A DNA stretch of 64,000 bases from positions 248,001 to 312,000 of IMG/VR virus record IMGVR_UViG_3300028558_000016; one strand, 5' to 3'. The notes under the pieces were generated by a model. The model worked only from the letters and a program-made list of their open reading frames with translations, searched no databases and had not been told where the DNA came from. This document shows positions 57,218 to 64,000 of the stretch, one piece after another; the stretch's first letter is position 1, and each line of letters begins with the position of its first letter. Position numbers and translations under genes: made by a program.

Positions 57218-57714
57218 GTAAAGAAAAACATAATCATAAGGAAGGCTTTGAATGTGAAGCTTGCAAAATTGGAATGAAAGCAATGAAAGAAAAAGAAGCT
57301 GGATTCCTAAAAAATCCAGGTTGGTTCGCTCATTATGTTCCAGATCCTACATATCCAAATGGAATGAATGTGCACACCCACGGTCTTGAAGAAAATTTCA
57401 AGCATCTTGATTTGCAAATATGTCTTGCTATGGATCAACGTATATGCCATCAAATTTTAAACAATGCCATTGGAGAAATAAAGGCAGGAAAGAAATTTGA
57501 GGCCGGAGAAAAATACGATGATGTCATTGAAGCAAGTCCAGCATACAAAGACCTTAAACTAAAGGTTCTTTTCCTTGAAGCCGAGGAAGGTGGAAGAAAA
57601 GTTCTTCGCATGATTTTTCCTGAAAAAGATGGAAGTTTTATGGGGCAAATGTCATCCAAACAAATGGAAGGTTGTAAGGTTCCAGAGGATTTAATCTTAT
57701 ATTATACGTTATGA
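57214..57714 (+). CDS. DUF4262-like protein
   Basis: GWFAHYV...NVHTHGL...HLDLQI. Confidence 0.55.
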   Translation: MSKEKHNHKEGFECEACKIGMKAMKEKEAGFLKNPGWFAHYVPDPTYPNGMNVHTHGLEENFKHLDLQICLAMDQRICHQILNNAIGEIKAGKKFEAGEKYDDVIEASPAYKDLKLKVLFLEAEEGGRKVLRMIFPEKDGSFMGQMSSKQMEGCKVPEDLILYYTL

Positions 57715-57944
57715 ATTCACACCTATTGATGACAGAAACTTCCAACATAGATTGGAAAGAAAACAGAGTTATTGACAATGATAAGCTTGAAAAAACGGTT
57801 ATTCCATGGGAAGATAACATTGAGGTAACCAATGGTCTTGATGGAGAAAAGAAGACAATTAAGATGAAAACTGTGTCTTTATATGAACATATTATGTTAA
57901 AAGATGGAAAAAAATACAAAATATTGCACATGTTATCAAAATAA
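57711..57944 (+). CDS. Hypothetical protein
   Basis: ATGA-coupled. Confidence 0.5.
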   Translation: MNSHLLMTETSNIDWKENRVIDNDKLEKTVIPWEDNIEVTNGLDGEKKTIKMKTVSLYEHIMLKDGKKYKILHMLSK

Positions 57945-58008
57945 TGTGTAATTTAGCACTATAATTAAAATTAAAATAATAATATAAACAACAAAAAAAG
58001 AAACAATT

Positions 58009-58830
58009 ATGAGTACAACAGCCACAAAAAAAATCGACAAGGATGCTGTTTTTAAAACAGCAGTTAAATTAATGACTGACAATGGAAAAACTTCTTCATT
58101 GGAAGTAAAAGAAGAATTACGTAAAGATGGGTATTGGGCAAAACAAGAACCCGTTCGTGATTTGCTTCGCGAATTAAAAAGTGAACACAATTGGAACGTG
58201 AATGATGTTGGTCACATTGAATATTCTCTTCCAACAGCAACATCCGCAGCAACAACCGGTCCTTCTCCAATTGAAGGTGACATCATCGATTTAATCGTTG
58301 AGACAACCAACATTGACGAAGATGATGTTGAAACTACAAGCATTCTTACTACAGATCTTTCAATGGACCATCTTGATATTATTTCATTGCAAATGGCCAT
58401 CGACAAAAAATTCAGTGTTGACTCTTCTAAAGATTGGAACAATATCAACACCGTTGACGATGTTATTAAGTTGGTGGAAAAGCTTACAGCCGGAACTCCT
58501 TTTGCGAAAGCTCCAACTACTTCTTTACATTCAGTTATGAATCCAAAAACAACTGGAAAACCAAGAAAACCAAAAATGGTTATTAATGATTCTCAAAATC
58601 CATCAACGGATCCTCGTGTTACAATCAACATTGATTACAAGAAGATTGTTACAGGCACGAAAGATGCCAAAGACACATGTGATGGAAAAGACTGGTATGT
58701 TTCTAACAAAGGAACTGATCCGGTAATTTATGATCAAAAATACAATTCCAACAACGTGAGAACCGTATATGCTCGTTTGAAAGGAATTAAGATACAGGAA
58801 GTTCGCGCAGCTCGCGTTGAACATCTATAG
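58009..58830 (+). CDS. Three-domain protein with a central acyl-carrier-protein domain lacking the phosphopantetheine Ser
   Basis: aa 88-160 align with ACP (IIDLIVE...DLSMDHLDIISLQMAIDKKFSV...INTVDDVI); DSL is DHL. Confidence 0.8.
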   Translation: MSTTATKKIDKDAVFKTAVKLMTDNGKTSSLEVKEELRKDGYWAKQEPVRDLLRELKSEHNWNVNDVGHIEYSLPTATSAATTGPSPIEGDIIDLIVETTNIDEDDVETTSILTTDLSMDHLDIISLQMAIDKKFSVDSSKDWNNINTVDDVIKLVEKLTAGTPFAKAPTTSLHSVMNPKTTGKPRKPKMVINDSQNPSTDPRVTINIDYKKIVTGTKDAKDTCDGKDWYVSNKGTDPVIYDQKYNSNNVRTVYARLKGIKIQEVRAARVEHL

Positions 58831-58884
58831 GAAAACGGTAAACCCATGGTTGCCATGGTTGGTTGTCCTTTGGGTATTATCGTG

Positions 58885-58913
58885 AAAGGGTGGGAGGAAA
58901 CTTCCACCCTTTT
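58885..58913 (+). terminator. Intrinsic terminator
   Basis: aaagggtgg...gaaa...ccacccttt. Confidence 0.75.
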
Positions 58914-58963
58914 AATTTTCCATGACTTTAAGAAGTATATAGCTTTAAATAACCAACACAGTC

Positions 58964-59113
58964 ATGGCCAAAGCAAAAGCAGCCTCCACCAACTCAGTAA
59001 GGGCTTTAAACAGTTCAAAGAAGAACAGACCCGGAGTTCATTCCAAAAAGAAGAATTCAAGTCTTAAATCATCTAAAAACTATAAAAAGGCATATAGAGG
59101 ACAGGGTAGATGA
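58964..59113 (+). CDS. 49-aa highly basic peptide ending YRGQGR (not in the ORF track)
   Basis: MAKAKAASTNSVRALNSSKKNRPGVHSKKKNSSLKSSKNYKKAYRGQGR; preceded by gtatata. Confidence 0.7.
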   Translation: MAKAKAASTNSVRALNSSKKNRPGVHSKKKNSSLKSSKNYKKAYRGQGR

Positions 59114-59230
59114 AACATTGTTTTGAGATTAGGGTATAGCTTTAGAAGGTTGCATCCAGCAAAAACAACTATCGTCTATGGCTTCGGCCTTCGATGATCC
59201 TACGACCTAAGCAATCTGTGTTAGTTTCAT
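59110..59230 (+). ncRNA. Candidate structured RNA downstream of the basic peptide
   Basis: Nested stems atgaaac/gtttcat, agatt/aatct, ttagg/cctaa, atcgtc/gatgat, ggc-TTCG-gcc. Confidence 0.35.
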
Positions 59231-59259
59231 TTGTTTTATTTTTATTAAAAGTGTAAGAG

Positions 59260-59290
59260 TCCAGGCCCCGTAAGGCCTGGATTTCTTATT
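59260..59290 (+). terminator. Intrinsic terminator
   Basis: tccaggcc-ccgtaa-ggcctgga followed by a T-rich run. Confidence 0.75.
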
Positions 59291-59308
59291 TTTCTTATAA
59301 GTAGATTA

Positions 59309-59320
59309 TTGGTATATTTG
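59309..59320 (+). promoter_or_regulatory. Bacteroidota-type -7 promoter element
   Basis: ttggtatatttg, ending 7 nt before the ATG. Confidence 0.55.
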
Positions 59321-59327
59321 CATTATA

Positions 59328-60485
59328 ATGCAGATACCTAAAGACATAGCAGAAATTCAACAAAAATTCATCGCCGCTGGAAAAGAAATTTTCCTCGTTG
59401 GTGGATGTGTTCGTGATTTCAAGCTTGGTCTTGAGCCCAAAGATTTGGACATGGCAACCAATGCCTTTCCAGAAGAAATTGAAACCATCCTCAAAGGAGT
59501 TGAGATGGACCTTACAGGCAAAAGTTTTGGAGTCATGCGGGTTCGCAGTGAGTTCGATCCAAACGGATACGAAATTGCCACATACAGAGAAGATGAGAGT
59601 GCTGGAAGAAAACCGACCGTAAAGATCGGATCAACCATGGAAAACGATGCGTGGAGAAGAGACTTCACGATCAACGCTCTTTACTATGATATTTCCAACA
59701 AGACTATAATTGATCACACTGGCGGGCTCAATGATTTAGAAAACAAAATCATTCGTGCTTGTGGCGATCCTGCGAAAAGAATTAACGATGATGCTTTGAG
59801 AATGCTTAGGGCAGTTCGTTTCAAAAATACTATTGGTGGAACTATTGATGTTGACTTGCATAATGCAATGTTGGCCAATCCTGTTTTACAAGGTCCAGAC
59901 AAAGATGGAAATATAGTACCAATATCACAGGAGAGAATAGCTGAGGAATTCCTTAAAGGTCTTTCCAAAAGCTACAACATGGATCTCGTTGACCAATATG
60001 TGAAAGATTTAATGACATACCAATTTCTTGGACAAGTGTTCAGAGGACTTCACGTAAATGATAATTTTACATGCAACTCAAGAAAGCCTGAGATAATGAT
60101 TGCGGATCTTTTACGTTTTAATACGAATCACAAGGATTTATTTAATAAGCTTGTTTATGATTGCAAATTCAGTATTGATATTGCCGAAGGAGTTATTTTT
60201 CTTTTGAGCCTTGAAGATATTGATGAGGACAAAGTGTACAAGCTAAGAAAAAGAATGGACAGCAAAACCAAATTAAATAAGGATGATCTTATTATTTATT
60301 CAGGTTTAATGGTAGAGAATGGAATGATTGGAAGAGTTGCTTATGTACATGCATTCACTAAATATTCCATAACAACAAGCGGAGATGAATTAAAAGAAAA
60401 GGAAGGATTTGTTGATGGAGCAGAACTTGGAGCAGAGATAGCAAAAAGAGAGAAAAACAATTTTTTAAAAATATTTACACAATGA
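59328..60485 (+). CDS. cca: Class II CCA-adding tRNA nucleotidyltransferase / poly(A) polymerase family
   Basis: VGGCVRD...KDLDMAT; EIATYR; DAWRRDFTINAL; DDALRMLRAVRF; ERI..E. Confidence 0.85.
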   Translation: MQIPKDIAEIQQKFIAAGKEIFLVGGCVRDFKLGLEPKDLDMATNAFPEEIETILKGVEMDLTGKSFGVMRVRSEFDPNGYEIATYREDESAGRKPTVKIGSTMENDAWRRDFTINALYYDISNKTIIDHTGGLNDLENKIIRACGDPAKRINDDALRMLRAVRFKNTIGGTIDVDLHNAMLANPVLQGPDKDGNIVPISQERIAEEFLKGLSKSYNMDLVDQYVKDLMTYQFLGQVFRGLHVNDNFTCNSRKPEIMIADLLRFNTNHKDLFNKLVYDCKFSIDIAEGVIFLLSLEDIDEDKVYKLRKRMDSKTKLNKDDLIIYSGLMVENGMIGRVAYVHAFTKYSITTSGDELKEKEGFVDGAELGAEIAKREKNNFLKIFTQ

Positions 60486-61174
60486 ACGAATCAAAAGACT
60501 TAAAAAGTTTAATAGCATCCTTGCAGGAAGGAAGCGAGTTTTGTGATTTCATGATAACAAAGCTTCTTCACATGGATGGGTCCACCGATGCCGATCTTAA
60601 AAAAGATTACAGAAAACTCTTTAAAGAAGGAGGAGCTGATGCTTTTAAAGATGACATGAAAAATGGAAAGAAATTAAAGTATACAGAAGAAGAGCTTGAA
60701 ATGATCGAGGAAAAAATAAATGAAATTTTTCCAGAAGGTCATGAGCCACTCACAACAACAATGATACCATTCGGTTTTTATCTTGGACAATTATTAAGAA
60801 AGAAGATACCAGGTGCTGAATGGAAAGTGACAGATGAGGTTAACAAGAAAAACAGTATATGGGATGTCTTTATTGAATTTAAAAATTCTGACGGATATAC
60901 CATGCAGGCTAAACCGTTCATGCGCGTTGATAAATTTTGGAGAAGGAGAGAAGATAAGATGTCAGCATTCGTTAAGATGATTGAAATGACATCTGAAATT
61001 AAAATGGATCCTGAGTATTGGAATAAACGCGCAGATGATGAAGGTTGGATTGAAACCGCTAACGAAATGTCGTTCAGGGTTTTTCAAGGAAGCAAGAAAG
61101 ATAAAATAGATGGAGATTTCTCTAAAGCAAAGGGAATGTTTCATAACGGAAAATTTGGAGATGGAAAATATTAA
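60482..61174 (+). CDS. Hypothetical protein (weakly DUF3806-like)
   Basis: FGFYLGQLL...GAEW motif; ATGA-coupled. Confidence 0.5.
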   Translation: MNESKDLKSLIASLQEGSEFCDFMITKLLHMDGSTDADLKKDYRKLFKEGGADAFKDDMKNGKKLKYTEEELEMIEEKINEIFPEGHEPLTTTMIPFGFYLGQLLRKKIPGAEWKVTDEVNKKNSIWDVFIEFKNSDGYTMQAKPFMRVDKFWRRREDKMSAFVKMIEMTSEIKMDPEYWNKRADDEGWIETANEMSFRVFQGSKKDKIDGDFSKAKGMFHNGKFGDGKY

Positions 61175-62501
61175 TAAAATAAAAGACATACACTCGAGTG
61201 ATGCCTATGGAATTCTGGTAGAGACTGGATGTGGTCTTGCGGTATCTAATGAATTGCTTGAAGTCAGCGGTGCATCTAATACGGTTTATTTTGCTGAATG
61301 TCCATACAGCAAGGAATATCAAACATTCAAGTATGGCGAAACCAATGCGAGAGCGGTTTCAATGGAAAACATAAAGCACATAATGAATTATCATAAAGCT
61401 TTAGATAAACCAGAAAACGTTAACTTCATTTATGCTTCATCCTTTCAAGTAGGAGAACACAACGATAAATCAACTCATGGATGGATAGGTCTTTCATTAA
61501 AAGAAGATGACAGACGTTATTTCCACATCTCAATACATGAGTCATTAACACGAAAACAATACATCGATAAAATATCTAAGATAGGAATTGACATTTTACA
61601 TTTTTACATAAACAAATCAACTGGTACAAATTTCATACCGAGCAATTGTTGCATTGACATAGTACTTAATGGAAAAGGTGAACAGGTCAATTTAACTGAT
61701 ATGTTTGTTTCTCTTAGATATGAAGACGATGAAAACTTCTTATGCTTCAAAGAAGGAAAATTAGTTAGAATGGAAGATCTTTTCAGAGATCAAAAGAACA
61801 TAGTATTATTCAAGGGAAGCTTTAATCCAATCCATGCCGCTCACATACACACTGCACAATTAGCAAAGGATGAATATGGAATTGAACCTGTGTTTGTTAT
61901 TAGTTCTTCAGTGTATCAAAAAGGATGGATAGAACCTGAGGATCTTAAGAACCGAGTGGAAACATTAAACGAACTTGGCTATCCTGTTATAATAACTAAA
62001 GATGGTTACTTTAACAAGAACACGTCCTATATTAGACGTAAATTCAAACAACCTTTGATATACGTAGTTGGTTCGGATACATTAAACAGAATATTGGAAA
62101 GCTCATATAACATTTTAAATCCAGAACTTAGCGAGAGATATAATCATTACGTCAATCAATTGATTTCCATGAAGCCTGAGAATGAACTGATAACAGACGA
62201 AGAATTGGATGAAATAGAAAAAATGGCATTACAACATTATTTAAGAAGATTCAAAGAGGATTTCAAAGATGTAAAATTCTTCGTTGTAAATAGACCAGGG
62301 AGCGAATTGCACGAAGATGCAAAACGAATAGAAGAATTTTATTCAATGGTTGAAGAACATCCTGAGTATTTCCATATAAGCTCAACTAAAATTCGTGCCA
62401 TGCTTATAGCTGGAGATTATGAGACAATTAAAAAATTGATACCAGAAAAAATATTTGAAAAGTATATTAACCAAAAAACAAACAACCATGTCAACAACTA
62501 A
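61161..62501 (+). CDS. CinA-like domain fused to an NMNAT-like (HxGH-class) nucleotidyltransferase
   Basis: N-terminal ETGCG...LL.VSGASNTV...PYS; C-terminal FKGSFNPIHAAH, VVGSDT..R, F.V..R, ISSTKIR. Confidence 0.75.
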   Translation: MENINKIKDIHSSDAYGILVETGCGLAVSNELLEVSGASNTVYFAECPYSKEYQTFKYGETNARAVSMENIKHIMNYHKALDKPENVNFIYASSFQVGEHNDKSTHGWIGLSLKEDDRRYFHISIHESLTRKQYIDKISKIGIDILHFYINKSTGTNFIPSNCCIDIVLNGKGEQVNLTDMFVSLRYEDDENFLCFKEGKLVRMEDLFRDQKNIVLFKGSFNPIHAAHIHTAQLAKDEYGIEPVFVISSSVYQKGWIEPEDLKNRVETLNELGYPVIITKDGYFNKNTSYIRRKFKQPLIYVVGSDTLNRILESSYNILNPELSERYNHYVNQLISMKPENELITDEELDEIEKMALQHYLRRFKEDFKDVKFFVVNRPGSELHEDAKRIEEFYSMVEEHPEYFHISSTKIRAMLIAGDYETIKKLIPEKIFEKYINQKTNNHVNN

Positions 62502-62787
62502 AACAAAAAAGTCAAAGAAAGAAAAAATTGAAATCAACAACTTCACAATCCATCGTTCGATGGGAGAGAGTTTTGATTGGAAAAAACTCGATCTTAAAAA
62601 GAAACACATTGAAGCTCTTAATGAAATAGGAAATTCAGGAAAGTTAAAAGGCAAAAAAATAACCATCAGCGAATACTTTGAAAGGTATCTTAATGGAAAA
62701 GGTCTTAAACACGAAGTGACATCTATGAAATCCAATAACATGGAATTTACAGACACGCTTTTAATAACAAGAGTTAAAGTAAATTAA
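62488..62787 (+). CDS. Hypothetical protein
   Basis: Start moved to ATG 62488. Confidence 0.55.
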   Translation: MSTTKTKKSKKEKIEINNFTIHRSMGESFDWKKLDLKKKHIEALNEIGNSGKLKGKKITISEYFERYLNGKGLKHEVTSMKSNNMEFTDTLLITRVKVN

Positions 62788-62797
62788 AAATTAAAAC

Positions 62798-63157
62798 ATG
62801 GCAGCTTTTTACATATTGTTAGGAGTTATGTGTGGAGTAGTTGGAATTTTCATATTCGGTTATTATGCTTCAAAGAAGGATAACAAAAAATTTGATGCAA
62901 CCGAAACAATGAATAAAACTGTAACTGAAAGCTCAGGCCCAATTTGGCCTGAGCCTGGTTACATGAGCGAACCTATATGGCAATCAACAAGGATTGAAAC
63001 AACGTTCGTCAATGCTGGAAAAGGTTCAGAAAAAAAGTCAGACAAGAATGCAAAAGAAAAACCTCTTGAAGACCAATTGAAAGAAGCTCTTGAAAATGAA
63101 TGGTACGAAAAGGCTGCAGAAATTAGAGATAAAATTAATAACGCTAAAACCAAATAA
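62798..63157 (+). CDS. Membrane-anchored protein with a C-terminal UVR (UvrB/UvrC/ClpC) motif
   Basis: N-terminal TM; LEDQLKEALENEWYEKAAEIRDKI. Confidence 0.7.
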   Translation: MAAFYILLGVMCGVVGIFIFGYYASKKDNKKFDATETMNKTVTESSGPIWPEPGYMSEPIWQSTRIETTFVNAGKGSEKKSDKNAKEKPLEDQLKEALENEWYEKAAEIRDKINNAKTK

Positions 63158-64000
63158 ATGTATAACATAAAATACCCGGTCGCATTCCACCCAGTGGATA
63201 TGGCCATAACAAGAATACACGAAGGAAGAATACAAGTTCTCCTTGCGCAAAAAGTAAAAGACACAGAAGGTGGAGCTAACATTGTTAGATTCCCTGGAGG
63301 TTTCCTTGATGTGTGTGACTCGTGTGCTGAAGAAGCAGCATTGAGAGAAGCAATGGAAGAAACAGGAATGAGATTTGGAAACTCTGCTATGGCAGATTAT
63401 TTCATCGGATACTTTGCTAAGAAGAAACCATTTACCGATAAGTTGAACAAACTTATAGAATCAAACGGTGATGCAAAGGAAATAACTGAAACCATCAACC
63501 AATTGCATGCAATCAAAATATCCGATGATGCTTTAGCATGGTTGAGAACAAGAACAACTTACATTGGTTCAACTAAGATTGATGATGCAAGATATGCTGA
63601 CACAGATCACAAAGTAATCACAAGCTTTTATGAGCTACATCCAAATCCAAAATTCGATAAGGATGGTGAAGGTCCATTTGATGACATCGCAAGAACAAAA
63701 TGGTTTTTCCTTTCAGACATTAAAGAAGAAATCATGCACAAGTCGCATGTTCCATTGTTCAACATGTTATTTGAAAAATACAAAGCAGAGAGACTTGCAG
63801 ACAACGTGTTTAACGCTGCTGAAGAGGTATTCAAATCAACAGAGGAAATGTTCAACACCTTCAAAAAAGAAACTGATGAGATTTTTGATGGAATAAAAAA
63901 GAAAATGCCTGAATACGAAAAGAAAGTGGATGAAGCAATGCAAGGCATGGGAAAGAAAATGGATAAGTTCTTTAGCGGTTTAGAAGATATTTTAAAATCT
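63158..64000 (+). CDS. Nudix hydrolase (ADP-ribose pyrophosphatase-like), running off the window end; not in the ORF track
   Basis: RFPGGFLDVCDSCAEEAALREAMEETG Nudix box; later DDARY and DDIARTKW; frame open to 64000. Confidence 0.85.
   Translation, partial: MYNIKYPVAFHPVDMAITRIHEGRIQVLLAQKVKDTEGGANIVRFPGGFLDVCDSCAEEAALREAMEETGMRFGNSAMADYFIGYFAKKKPFTDKLNKLIESNGDAKEITETINQLHAIKISDDALAWLRTRTTYIGSTKIDDARYADTDHKVITSFYELHPNPKFDKDGEGPFDDIARTKWFFLSDIKEEIMHKSHVPLFNMLFEKYKAERLADNVFNAAEEVFKSTEEMFNTFKKETDEIFDGIKKKMPEYEKKVDEAMQGMGKKMDKFFSGLEDILKS

Noticed and set aside
59150-59200. tmRNA tag-like sequence (aaaaacaactat)
   Set aside because: No tRNA-like acceptor or T-arm ends, no ALAA-type tag, and the region is too short.
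1-64000. tRNA/rRNA genes, integrase, transposase
   Set aside because: No T-loop GTTCGA(A/G)TC cloverleaf or recombinase/transposase motifs were seen by eye; a tRNAscan run would be decisive.
1-64000. Stop-codon reassignment as in some megaphages
   Set aside because: Conserved genes are full length in the standard code, and TAG (138, 7176, 58830) and TGA both end genes at tight junctions.

Overview
This AT-rich, gene-dense 64 kb window is best read as a fragment of a very large T4-like (jumbo/mega) tailed phage genome in the standard code (TAA, TAG and TGA all act as stops). Bacteroidota-style TAnnTTTG promoters and Bacteroidota-type gene families suggest a Bacteroidota host (inference). Layout: (1) 0.3-11.6 kb, histone-H1-like protein and replication module: two-subunit topoisomerase VI, sliding clamp, C-terminal half of a split family-B DNA polymerase, UvsX/RecA. 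(2) 11.6-17 kb, small hypothetical genes. (3) 17-24.2 kb, late genes sharing an N-terminal MKxIKxFEEFxxE signal resembling the T4 capsid-targeting sequence, several with ADP-ribosyltransferase-like domains. (4) 24.3-26 kb, host-like small proteins. (5) 26-38 kb, fibre/virion module with proline-free (Gly-X-Ser)n repeats. (6) 38-52.6 kb, accessory genes, mostly on the minus strand. (7) 52.7-64 kb, early-type genes: PARP, ACP-domain protein, CCA-adding enzyme, CinA-NMNAT-like fusion, Nudix. Strongest leads: host-protein mimics lacking exactly their modified or catalytic residue (ACP DSL->DHL, SiaC NTSS->SPSS, GIY-YIG without Arg/Glu); a possible packaged plus early ADP-ribosylation arsenal with NAD-handling enzymes; and a phage-encoded topoisomerase VI. 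I found no tRNA, rRNA, CRISPR array, integrase or reverse transcriptase. All family calls come from motif recognition by eye; no searches were run.
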